From an uncultured Chloroflexia bacterium (GTDB lineage Bacteria; Chloroflexota; Limnocylindria; Limnocylindrales; CSP1-4), in NCBI GenBank assembly GCA_963750125.1, contig CAVVPT010000016.1, positions 102,122 through 166,121 on the forward strand: a stretch of 64,000 bases of DNA, written 5' to 3'. Shown in pieces: positions 29,792 through 38,268 of the stretch (positions are counted from its first letter, which is position 1; each line of letters starts with the position of its first letter). Under the pieces are notes generated by a model. That model was given only the letters and a program-made list of their open reading frames with translations. It did not search any database and was not told the DNA's origin. Both the position numbers and the translations under genes were made by a program.

Positions 29792-30753
29792 GCTGCTCGC
29801 CGGCCGGGCGGCGCGATGCCGTCCGGCGCGATGCCGGGCGCCAGCGGCAGCTCGAGCTGGACCGGGCCATCGTCGGCGTCCGCGCGCTCCGCCTCGAGCC
29901 TCACGGTGCGGCGGTCACGCAGGTCGTACCGCTGGCGCAGCTCGTCGACCTGTCGCCGGACCGGGTCCAACTCGCGCTTCCCGAGGTACGAGCGTCCCGC
30001 GTACAGCCGCTCGTAATGGGGGAGCAGGTCGGGCCAGTCGCGTGCCAGGTTCTCCAGGAAGTGCTCACGGGTGCCGGGACGCAGGTACAGGAGGTTCGCC
30101 CAGATCCCGGTTGCCCCGGCGTCGCGAGCCGCGCGCACGACGGCCGCCATCGATTCAGGGGAGTCCGAGATCCCGGGCAGGATCGGGGCCATGCCGACAC
30201 CGACGTCGAGGCCCGCCTCGACGAGCGTGGTGAGTGCGCGCAGCCGCTGCCGCGGCGGCGCTGTGCCCGGCTCGGTGCGCCGCCACACTTCGGCGTCCAG
30301 TGTCGGGACCGAGAACGTGATCGATGCGCCCGCGCGGTGCGCAGCCTCGCCGAGCGCGTCGACGTCGCGGACGATCATCGGGCCGCGCGTGATCAGGTGG
30401 AGCGGCGTCCGGGCCACGGCCAGGCGGGCGATGCATGCCCGCGTCAACCGGTACCGCCCCTCGGCGGGCTGGTAGGGGTCGGTTGCGGTCCCGACCGCCA
30501 CGAGCTCTCGCTTCCAGCTCCGGCGCGCGAGCTCACGAGCGAGGACCTCGGCGACGTTCACCTTCACGCGGATCGACCGGCCGTAGCGGTCGTCCGATGG
30601 CCGGTCGGCACGAGCCTCGAACGCACGAACGAAGCAGAACGTGCAGCGGTGGGCGCAGCCCGTGTACGGGTTCAGCGACCAGCGGAAGGACATGCCGGTG
30701 ACCTTGTTCAGGGCGGAGCGGCAGGGCTCCTGGCGGTATTCCGGGCGCGTCAT
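29788..30753 (-). CDS. radical SAM protein (Rv2578c/SplB-like DNA-repair-photolyase COG family)
   Basis: The CxxxCxxC cluster is CAHRCTFC. ATG 30753 is chosen because the 60 nt upstream are AT-richer with rare codons and carry an SOS box. Confidence 0.9.
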   Translation of the reverse strand: MTRPEYRQEPCRSALNKVTGMSFRWSLNPYTGCAHRCTFCFVRAFEARADRPSDDRYGRSIRVKVNVAEVLARELARRSWKRELVAVGTATDPYQPAEGRYRLTRACIARLAVARTPLHLITRGPMIVRDVDALGEAAHRAGASITFSVPTLDAEVWRRTEPGTAPPRQRLRALTTLVEAGLDVGVGMAPILPGISDSPESMAAVVRAARDAGATGIWANLLYLRPGTREHFLENLARDWPDLLPHYERLYAGRSYLGKRELDPVRRQVDELRQRYDLRDRRTVRLEAERADADDGPVQLELPLAPGIAPDGIAPPGRRAA

Positions 30754-30760
30754 GTCGGCT

Positions 30761-30780
30761 ACTTTAGAACACTCGTTCGA
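30761..30780. promoter_or_regulatory. LexA SOS box overlapping a -10 element
   Basis: TAGAAC-ACTC-GTTCGA at 30765-30780 has one mismatch to the actinobacterial TCGAAC-N4-GTTCGA consensus. On the minus strand, TAAAGT (30766-30761) lies 7 nt before the ATG. Confidence 0.65.
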
Positions 30781-31026
30781 TATCGTCGAGATGGGTTCGT
30801 GACCTTCGTCCATACCGGGGCAGGACGCATGGCAGGTGGCTCCTGCGGTGGACGCGACGTACGTTCATCCTGGACGCGAAACGGACCGCCGGACACAGCA
30901 ACACTCGTCCGGCGGCGCGCCGACCCTCCGGCGGGATGCCGGGCGGCGGCGGAGCCGGCATCACTGCCACGACGGCGGTCCATTCGCCCCTCCCGACCAG
31001 ATCCGCGGGGCCGCCCCATGGCGCGG

Positions 31027-31878
31027 CTAGTTCGGCAGGTCGCCCTGGCTGCCCTGCTGTCGAAGGAAGCGCTCGATCTCGGAGATCAGCTCGTCACCCG
31101 CCGGCAGCCGCGCCTCGTCGACCATGGACTCGAGCCGCTCGACATATGAGCGGGTCTGCTCGTCCGCGGCGGCCGCGAGGTCGAGGCGCTGCCGCATCTG
31201 GCGCGACTCCTCGGCGAGGTCCCCGATCGGCAGATCCACGCCGAGGTGGCGTGACAGGACCCCGAGGAGCTCCAGGGCGGCGGCCGGATACGGCCCCGAC
31301 ACGTAGTGCGGGATCTGCGCGAAGTAGCCGAGTGCGGGGATGCCTGCGTCCGCGACGCGCATCTCGAGCATGGAGATCGCCGCGGACGGGACCCGCAGCA
31401 GCCCATCCGGTCCGCGATTGACGCCGCTGGTCAGGACCGCCGGGCCCGAGGCCGTGCCGATGATCGGGACGGCCCGGGTGTGTGGCACCGCGGCAGGGAT
31501 CGCGCCAAGGCTGATCCACTCGGCCACGTCCAGGTGCTGGACGAGCTCGACGACTGCGTCCGCCAGCTCGCGCCAGCGATAGTCCGGCTCCGGACCGCCG
31601 AACAGCAGCAGGTCTCGGCCTTCGATCGTTGTGTGGCGAACGGTCAGCTCGGGCCACGTGAGCTCGGCCAGCCGGCCATCGCGGATCTCGAGCGGTGGCC
31701 GCCGGGCGCGGTAGTCGAACAGCGCGTCCGGGTCGAACTCGGCGACGATCCGGCTGTCCTCGCCGAGCTCGTCGACCGCCGTGGTCGAGGCCTGTCCGGC
31801 GTCCACCCAGGTATCGAACGCGACGACAATCGTCGGGGAGACGACTTCGATCGGTTCGACCAGTCGATACAGCGACAC
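31027..31878 (-). CDS. PAC2 family (proteasome assembly chaperone-like) protein
   Basis: 283 aa of the typical actinobacterial PAC2 architecture (IVVAFDTWVDAGQAS...GAIPAAVPHTR...). Confidence 0.85.
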   Translation of the reverse strand: MSLYRLVEPIEVVSPTIVVAFDTWVDAGQASTTAVDELGEDSRIVAEFDPDALFDYRARRPPLEIRDGRLAELTWPELTVRHTTIEGRDLLLFGGPEPDYRWRELADAVVELVQHLDVAEWISLGAIPAAVPHTRAVPIIGTASGPAVLTSGVNRGPDGLLRVPSAAISMLEMRVADAGIPALGYFAQIPHYVSGPYPAAALELLGVLSRHLGVDLPIGDLAEESRQMRQRLDLAAAADEQTRSYVERLESMVDEARLPAGDELISEIERFLRQQGSQGDLPN

Positions 31879-31939
31879 GGGCCAAGCATACGGGTCGGAG
31901 CGGGCGCTGCCCGCAGGGCGCCGGGACTACGATCCACCC

Positions 31940-32232
31940 ATGCTCGAAACCATCGACGCGCTCGGCGCCGTGGCTGCACCTGGGGCGTCCTGATGGCGGT
32001 CTCGCCCCTGCTCCAGATCCGCCGGATGCTCGAACGACGCTCCTCGGCGGACGTCTCTATCGCCTACCTGAGCGTGCTCCAGATCGGCTTCGCGCTCTGG
32101 ATCGCGTACGGCATCGCGCTCGGGAGCGTCCCGCTCATCGTGCCCAACTGCGTCGCATTGATGGTCGGCTTCGTGACGATCGCGATCGCGTGGGCCTACC
32201 GCAGCGGTCGCGCGGCCGTCTCAGGAGCCTGA
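31940..32232 (+). CDS. SemiSWEET (PQ-loop) transporter, frameshifted near 31979-31980
   Basis: MLETIDALGAVAA (TM1, frame of ATG 31940) stops at 31993. The frame of ATG 31993 gives WGVLMAVSPLLQIRRMLERRSSADVS plus TM2 and TM3. Adding one base restores a 97-aa 3-TM protein. Confidence 0.75.
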
Positions 32233-32238
32233 CGACGC

Positions 32239-32985
32239 TCAGGCGGCCGGACGTGCCGTCGACGGTTCGGTCAGCAGCTCGCGGAGGCGTGCGAGATCGC
32301 GTTCGCCGAAGCCGTGGCGCGCGAGGAGGGCGGGCGCACCGCCGTGTACGCGTTCGAGGTGGTCGAGCGCCTCGAGCATGTACTCCGGTTCGCAGTCGAG
32401 GGTAACGGCCCCTCCCCGCCAGTCGACGAGGCCGCTGTCCGCGGCATCGGTCGCGAAGCTTTCGACCGAGAGGGCATAGTCCCCGGCGACGACCTCAGCC
32501 GGGACGCCGACCGCCGACAGGAGCAGGGCGACGGTGACACCCGTGCGGTCGACGCCGGCGGCACAGCCGATGACCGCCGGCAGGCCGCCCGGCTCGACGA
32601 GGGCCCGCGCAATTCCGGTGAGTGCCGTCGAGCGCACGTCGAAGATATGGCGGTACGTCGCCGCGATCCCCTGGGGGACCGCCTGGTCGGGCATCAGCGG
32701 CAGGTTGCGGTAGCGGATGTCGTCCGAATCGCGGAAGACGCTGGGGCGGCCCTCCACTTCGTGGGTCCAGCGGACGTCGATCACTTGGCGGACCCCGAGG
32801 TCACGCAGTGACCGCTGGGAGGCGGGCGGGAGCTGGTCGAGGGCATCCGTCCGGAGGAGCGTCCGCCAGCGCGTCTCCCGGCCTTCGCCGGCCGGGTAGC
32901 CGCCGATATCGCGCAGGTTGCGCGTCCCGCGAAGGCGGAGGTGCCGCTCGGCGAGCGCGGGTCGGTAGGGATTGTCGGAGGTCAC
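32239..32985 (-). CDS. protein tyrosine/serine phosphatase (Y_phosphatase3 family)
   Basis: The CX5R P-loop is CAAGVDRTG. Confidence 0.9.
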   Translation of the reverse strand: MTSDNPYRPALAERHLRLRGTRNLRDIGGYPAGEGRETRWRTLLRTDALDQLPPASQRSLRDLGVRQVIDVRWTHEVEGRPSVFRDSDDIRYRNLPLMPDQAVPQGIAATYRHIFDVRSTALTGIARALVEPGGLPAVIGCAAGVDRTGVTVALLLSAVGVPAEVVAGDYALSVESFATDAADSGLVDWRGGAVTLDCEPEYMLEALDHLERVHGGAPALLARHGFGERDLARLRELLTEPSTARPAA

Positions 32986-33080
32986 GAGCCCCGAAGGCTA
33001 CCGCACCAGGCTCTCGCGCGACTGGGGAGCGGCCGAGCCACCCCGACTCCTCCGCGAAGCGGGTGGCCCGGCCATGGAGC

Positions 33081-33102
33081 GGGCCCGGCCTGAGCCGGGC
33101 CC
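33081..33102 (-). terminator. GC-rich hairpin after the lipoprotein gene
   Basis: GGGCCCGGC-ctga-GCCGGGCCC, a 9-bp stem about 20 nt after the stop at 33123. No U-tract. Confidence 0.45.
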
Positions 33103-33122
33103 GCGGTACTGCGCGACAGGAG

Positions 33123-33677
33123 TCAGCCCTCGATCGGTTCACCGGTCGGGCTGACGACGTACCAGACGTCGCCCTGGTCCTGACCGTTCGTTTCGCCGGG
33201 CGCGGCGTCGTTCTTGAAGTAGTACAGCGGCCATGTCCCGGCCTTGACCTGCTTGCTGCCGTCGGTCCGATCGGCCGTCGTGAAGGTCGCTGCGTCGAGG
33301 CCCTCGCCGACCGTGATGTCGCCGGTCACCGTCAATGGCGGCCAGTTCGCCTCGCAATCTTCGTAGCAGGTCGGTTCGCCTGCGGAGTCCGGCTTGAACA
33401 TGTACAGGGTCCGGCCTTCGCCGTCGACCAGGATCTTGCCGAATTCCGAGTCCGCGACCATGACGGTCACGGCGCCGCCGGCTGCAGCGGATGCTGGAGC
33501 CTCACTGGCGGCTGGAGCTTCACTGGCAGCTGGAGCTTCACTGGCGGCTGGCGCCTCGCTGGCGGGCGCCTGCGACGCCGGCGCGGCCGGGGCGGCGGTC
33601 CCTCCGCCGCTCGAACAGGCGGCAACGAGGATCGCAAGCAGCGTTCCGAGGAACAGTGTGCGCGAGATGGTGTGCAT
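33123..33677 (-). CDS. lipoprotein with COG4315-like (Lipoprotein_15) repeat domain
   Basis: ATG 33677. Lipobox LVAAC, APAASE tandem repeats, then GKILVDGEGRTLYMF...CYEDCEANWPPL...WPLYYFKND. Confidence 0.85.
   Translation of the reverse strand: MHTISRTLFLGTLLAILVAACSSGGGTAAPAAPASQAPASEAPAASEAPAASEAPAASEAPASAAAGGAVTVMVADSEFGKILVDGEGRTLYMFKPDSAGEPTCYEDCEANWPPLTVTGDITVGEGLDAATFTTADRTDGSKQVKAGTWPLYYFKNDAAPGETNGQDQGDVWYVVSPTGEPIEG
33493..33564. repeat. 18-bp tandem repeat x4 inside the lipoprotein linker
   Basis: GCTGGAGCYTCACTGGCR occurs as three near-perfect copies plus one degenerate copy. It encodes (APAASE)n. Confidence 0.9.
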
Positions 33678-33906
33678 GCGCGGAGGTCTCCATGCGGGCA
33701 GGTGGACCCGCCGGCATCGGTCGGCGGCATCGGGCGGCGGAGTGCCTCGACACAGCCCTCTACGCGCCCGGTCCTCGCGCGGTTTCGCCGCGGTCGAGGT
33801 TGCGCCGCGGCCTTCACGCCATGGGTTGCGCTGCGTGGCTCGGCGGCATGCCGGACGACGGGCACCTGCTCCGGTTGATCGCGGGGCCCGACGGCTCCGG
33901 TGTCTA

Positions 33907-34695
33907 TCAGGTGATGTCGCGTTCGGCCAGGCGCTCAACGAGCCGGTCGGCGTCGGGCAGGATCACGCGGCAGGACACCAGCGCAACGTACGCCACGCTG
34001 ATCGTGACGAGGGCCGCGAACACGATCGTCGAGACCAGCACCAGCACCACCACGATGACCGCAAGACCGAAGATCCGGAACGGCGCGGCAAGCACGACGT
34101 AGCCCGCCAGCCGGGCCCGTTCAAGGGCGGGCTCCTCGGCGCGTGCCGGATCGGCAAGGAGCGGCCACGCAACGACTGCGTACATCAGCAGCGCGACGGC
34201 GCCCCAACCCGCGACCGTTGCGAACGCCCAGCCCAGGGGACTCGACGCGTTGATGCCGACAGCAACGTTGAGCGCGAGGAGGCCGAGCCCCCAGCCAACG
34301 GCGGCAGCGAGCAGCAGCGATGGCACGAACAGCTCGCGGGCAGCACCAAATGCGTCGGTCAGGACGACGTGCCGGCCGCGGGTCACCAACCCGGCCAGGC
34401 GATAGATCCCGGCGAGCGGCGGCCCGAGCAACGGGGCGCCGAGGATCGCCACCCAGATCCCGAACCCGATGGCCGCCCATCCGAGCGCGACGAGGATGAC
34501 GCCCCAGACGACATTCGCGGGAACGAGGCGGATCGACTGGTAATAGAAGTCGACGGCCGCTCGGCGGAGCGCGCCCAGCAGCGACGCGCGTTCAAGGGGC
34601 TCGGCAACGTCGTCTTCCTCCTCGTCGTCCGGCGCCTCGGCAACGTCGACGGCGAAGGGCTCGTCAGACGCGCCGGGCCGGTCAGCCCTTGACAC
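33907..34695 (-). CDS. membrane protein, DUF624/YesL-like (tentative)
   Basis: 262 aa with a GTG start, an acidic N-terminus and about 6 helices. Its start overlaps the end of the permease remnant by 14 nt, as in sugar-ABC operons. Confidence 0.7.
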   Translation of the reverse strand: MSRADRPGASDEPFAVDVAEAPDDEEEDDVAEPLERASLLGALRRAAVDFYYQSIRLVPANVVWGVILVALGWAAIGFGIWVAILGAPLLGPPLAGIYRLAGLVTRGRHVVLTDAFGAARELFVPSLLLAAAVGWGLGLLALNVAVGINASSPLGWAFATVAGWGAVALLMYAVVAWPLLADPARAEEPALERARLAGYVVLAAPFRIFGLAVIVVVLVLVSTIVFAALVTISVAYVALVSCRVILPDADRLVERLAERDIT

Positions 34696-34840
34696 TGGAC
34701 GCCGCGACGCCGGCGTTGAAGTAGCGCTGGAAGAAGATGTACAGCACGAGGACCGGGATCGTCGCCATGACGACGACCGCCGTCAAGGCCGGCCAGTTCG
34801 TACCGCGCGCTCCAGATATCGTGGCGCACATGCCCAACGA
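34682..34840 (-). pseudogene. 3' remnant of a CUT1-type sugar ABC transporter permease
   Basis: Only the last ~50 codons remain: ...GTNWPALTAVVVMATIPVLVLYIFFQRYFNAGVAASSVKG, the canonical C-terminal helix and (A/S)VKG end. No permease-like sequence exists upstream in any frame. Confidence 0.7.
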
Positions 34841-35090
34841 CGACGCCCGAACGCTCATGGTCACAGTCCGTATCGACTCACCGGACGACCTCACGGCGCT
34901 CGAACAGGCATTGCTGCGCGCCCGCGCGACGGAGCTCGCGGAGGTCCGTCGCAGGCAGGTCAGGCTGAGCGCCGGCTACGGCGACAGCAGCACGCGCGAG
35001 ATGATGACGGGAGAGGCCAGGCAGGCGCAACTGCGCTGGACGATGCTCGATCGGCTCATCGCAGCACTCGGGAACGCTTCGGAAGACTGA
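34830..35090 (+). CDS. small hypothetical helical protein (86 aa)
   Basis: ATG 34830. The third codon positions are overwhelmingly G/C in my hand translation. The product is MPNDDARTLMVTVRIDSPDDLTALEQALLRARATELAEV... Confidence 0.5.
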   Translation: MPNDDARTLMVTVRIDSPDDLTALEQALLRARATELAEVRRRQVRLSAGYGDSSTREMMTGEARQAQLRWTMLDRLIAALGNASED

Positions 35091-35196
35091 CGGGAACCTG
35101 CTGGCCGCTCGTGGCGTCAGAAGGCCAGCGACCCACGAGGCCTCGGTCAGGGGCCGATGACTACCCGGGTCGCAGGAACGCTCAGGAGTCACACCC

Positions 35197-36078
35197 GTGT
35201 TTCGTGCTGCCTTTCGCCTGGCGCGGCCTGCCGCGCTACTCGCCATCGCGGCAGTCGCGGTCGCCTGCGTCGGTTCCGCCGGCGCCGCAGACTCGACGCC
35301 GTCACCCAAGCCGGTCGATCCTGACGAGGTGACCTTCCGCGTGAGCTGGGAGGGCGGCTTCGTCACTCCCGAGACGCTGCTCGCACGGCTGCCGGCGATC
35401 GTCGCCTACGCCGACGGTCGCGTCATCACACCAGGCCCCGTCCCAATGATCTATCCCGGACCGTTGCTGCCCAACCTCCAGGAACGGACGCTGTCGCCGG
35501 AAGGCCTCGACCGTCTCATCGCGCTCGCCCGCGAGAAGGATCTCCTCAAGAACGCCACGTACGACTTCCCGGGTATCGCCGATGCGGCCGATACGGTCCT
35601 CGAGATCAATCTCGACGGCGAGACCTACCGCTTGACCGCCTACGCGCTGGCAGAGGCCGGGATGGAGGGCGAGATCGCGCCGGCCGTCGAGGTCGCCCCG
35701 CCCGACAAGGCTGGTCGGAACGCGATGCGCGAGTTCATCGACGCGCTGATGACCGTCCCCGAGACCGACTATGTCGATCAGCCGCACGCCTACGAGTTCG
35801 ACGCGCTCCGGCTGTACGTGAAGCCGGCCGACATCGTCGACAACAGCGAGTTTCCGGGCGAGCAGCCGCCGATCGCCTGGCCGCTCGACGACCTCGCGAC
35901 CGCGGGCACGACGATTGACAACCCGTCGGTCGACCGCTGCCTCGTCGTCGATGGCGACGATCTCGCGACCGTCCTGCCGCTGCTGCAGGGCGCGAACCAG
36001 CTGTCCGTCTTCGAGTCAAAGGGCGAGCTCTACTCGCTGATCCCGCAGCCGCTGTACCCAGGCGAGTCCGGCTGCTGA
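35197..36078 (+). CDS. lipoprotein, unknown function
   Basis: GTG start, a signal peptide with lipobox VAVAC, 293 aa. Confidence 0.7.
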   Translation: MFRAAFRLARPAALLAIAAVAVACVGSAGAADSTPSPKPVDPDEVTFRVSWEGGFVTPETLLARLPAIVAYADGRVITPGPVPMIYPGPLLPNLQERTLSPEGLDRLIALAREKDLLKNATYDFPGIADAADTVLEINLDGETYRLTAYALAEAGMEGEIAPAVEVAPPDKAGRNAMREFIDALMTVPETDYVDQPHAYEFDALRLYVKPADIVDNSEFPGEQPPIAWPLDDLATAGTTIDNPSVDRCLVVDGDDLATVLPLLQGANQLSVFESKGELYSLIPQPLYPGESGC

Positions 36079-36098
36079 ACAAGACTGGTCCGGGGCGG

Positions 36099-37268
36099 TC
36101 AGGCGACTGCAGCGTCTTCGGGGACGGGTTCGCCGGCCGGAGGCCGGCGATGCTCCCACCCGACCACGGCCGTGAGCGCGATCGCGACGATCGCGAGCGG
36201 CCATGCTGGCGGCAGCGTGCCGACCAACGCGAGGCCGACGGCCATGACGAGGATGGCGACAACGCGAGCGACCAGGATCGTGCCCGAAATCCGCCAGTAG
36301 ACGACCGCCGAGAAGCCGACGAAGAGCGCGACACCGGACCCCAGCGCGACGAGCACCTGGCTGTGGAGCGGGTCACCTGGATGGGCCACGATCTCCTCGA
36401 TGCCCACCGCGAAGCCGATGATCCCGAACAGCATCGGAAAGTGTCCCAGGCTGTATGCGTCGCGGACCCGGGCCCCGAGGTCCCCCGGCGCCGTGTCCTC
36501 GAACTGCTCCTCGAGTCCTTCCTTGAACCACCCGAAGTAGGTCCACCACAGGAGGCAGGCAATCAGCAGGGCCAGCGCGGAATCGGCCACCAGGGCGAGC
36601 GTTCGCTCATGGGCCGCGACGGCCGTGCCCGCGACGATCAGCGACTCGCCGATGGCAATGATCACGAACAGCGCATGTCGCTCGGCCATGTGGCCCACGT
36701 GGATGTCCCACGTGCGCCCGCTGGCCGCCTGAGTCGCGAGCAGGTCCGTGAGGATTGCCAGCACCCAGATCAGCGGTCGGATCGAGGGATCTGCAAGCGC
36801 GCCCAGGAGGACGAGCGCGAGCCCGATCGTCGACATGCCGGCCCACCGCCAGATCCCGGCCGCCCGTGGGTCGTCGGTCCGCTCCATCTCCACGAGGACC
36901 TGGAGGGAGAGACCGAGGATTCGCACGACGAGGTAGGGGATCGCGAACCACACGCCATCGTCGAGGAACGCCTGCGACACGGTGGTGGCCATCACGAACG
37001 CGGCAGCGGTGGCGGCAAGCGTGATGACCCGGACAACCACGTGGGTCGTGTCGGCGGGGTTGAGCGTCCAGGTGAACTGGGTCCACGCCCACCAGATCAT
37101 CCAGAACAGGACGAGCGAGCGGAGCACGCCGTCGGGCGTGAGGTTCCGGGCAGTCAGCGCCGTGACCTGGGTCACGGCGAACACGAAGACGAGGTCGAAG
37201 AAGAGTTCGACGAAGGCGACGCTCTGCGCCTCCGGCGCGTGCAGTCGTGGGCGAACCTGGGCGGTCAT
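36099..37268 (-). CDS. low temperature requirement protein A (LtrA) family membrane protein
   Basis: N-terminal signature VAFVELFFDLVFVFAV and about 10 helices. Confidence 0.9.
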   Translation of the reverse strand: MTAQVRPRLHAPEAQSVAFVELFFDLVFVFAVTQVTALTARNLTPDGVLRSLVLFWMIWWAWTQFTWTLNPADTTHVVVRVITLAATAAAFVMATTVSQAFLDDGVWFAIPYLVVRILGLSLQVLVEMERTDDPRAAGIWRWAGMSTIGLALVLLGALADPSIRPLIWVLAILTDLLATQAASGRTWDIHVGHMAERHALFVIIAIGESLIVAGTAVAAHERTLALVADSALALLIACLLWWTYFGWFKEGLEEQFEDTAPGDLGARVRDAYSLGHFPMLFGIIGFAVGIEEIVAHPGDPLHSQVLVALGSGVALFVGFSAVVYWRISGTILVARVVAILVMAVGLALVGTLPPAWPLAIVAIALTAVVGWEHRRPPAGEPVPEDAAVA

Positions 37269-37298
37269 CGCCAGCACTGTAGCGGGACCGTGATGGCG

Positions 37299-38126
37299 TC
37301 AGCCTGGTTCGAACGTCAACAGCACGTCGTGGCTCGAGCCGCCGCTCGTCTGGCGCTCTTCGACCGGTCCCACGCCACGCGCGTAGAACTTGTGCTCCTC
37401 GACGTCGGGCTCGAGCGGCGTGAAATCGCGGGTCTGGAGCACGTCGTCGAACGTCCCGAATGGAACCTCCACGTGCTCATTCAGGGAGACGACCTCGGCT
37501 CCGTCCTCCGCCTGGCCCGCGTAATACTCCTGGCGGTACGCCTGCCCGACCTGCGGATCGGCCGGGAGGACGATGCCCGCCTGCGCGCCGTCGACGCCGG
37601 CCTCCCATGAGCCTTCGGTGCTGACGACCTTGCCGTTCTCGTATTCCTTGGTGTCCTCACCGAGATACCAGAGGTTGCCGAGGGTGTCCTGCGCATACCA
37701 GTCGAGCGTGTCTTCGACGGGCTCGCCGTCCTCGGTCACGAGGTCATGGACCTCGGTCGCCGGGATCCCGATGATGTCCTTTGTCTTGTCCGTCACCGTG
37801 ACCTCGACCTGCTGCTCGGTGCCATCGGCGTCGGTCTCGCGGTAGACCCAGCGACTGCCCGGTGCCATCGGCCAGAACGGGTGATCGAGCGGAACGCCGG
37901 CGAACATGGCTGGGTCGAGGTCGATCGTGTCGGAGCCCTGCGGCAGGGCAAAGGACGGCGGTGGGGAGGTCGCGGGTGGAGCGCTCACCGGCGGGGCTGT
38001 CTCCGGCGGAAGCGGAGCGAGCGAAACTGGCACCTCTGTCTGGTTCGCTGTCCCGCATCCGGCCACTGCTGCGAGCAGCACCGCCGTGGTGGCGAATGTC
38101 CGGGTCGAACGCCTTCGCAGCACCAT
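37299..38126 (-). CDS. lipoprotein, unknown function
   Basis: ATG 38126 with GGAGG 6 nt upstream. Lipobox AVAGC, a Pro-rich linker and an acidic beta-rich domain. Confidence 0.75.
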   Translation of the reverse strand: MVLRRRSTRTFATTAVLLAAVAGCGTANQTEVPVSLAPLPPETAPPVSAPPATSPPPSFALPQGSDTIDLDPAMFAGVPLDHPFWPMAPGSRWVYRETDADGTEQQVEVTVTDKTKDIIGIPATEVHDLVTEDGEPVEDTLDWYAQDTLGNLWYLGEDTKEYENGKVVSTEGSWEAGVDGAQAGIVLPADPQVGQAYRQEYYAGQAEDGAEVVSLNEHVEVPFGTFDDVLQTRDFTPLEPDVEEHKFYARGVGPVEERQTSGGSSHDVLLTFEPG

Positions 38127-38268
38127 GGCGCGCCTCCGTTCCCTGCAAGCGTAGTCCTTGCACGAATCACGAGACCAAAAGACGCCGCCAGGTTTCATCG
38201 ATGGCCCATTGACATCGGATTCGCCGTTGGACCGATGATTCACCGGTACCTTCGGCGTCGAAGCGGAT

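Noticed and set aside
30754-30813. Longer start (ATG 30813) for the radical SAM gene.
   Set aside because: The extra 20 codons use rare A/T-ending codons (ata, tgt, tct, aaa, gta), and the stretch contains the SOS box and a -10-like element. It is more likely non-coding.
34878-35787. Possibility that the sugar permease is merely frameshifted and continues upstream.
   Set aside because: None of the three minus-strand frames upstream of about 34840 encodes hydrophobic permease-like sequence. The plus strand carries well-supported genes there.
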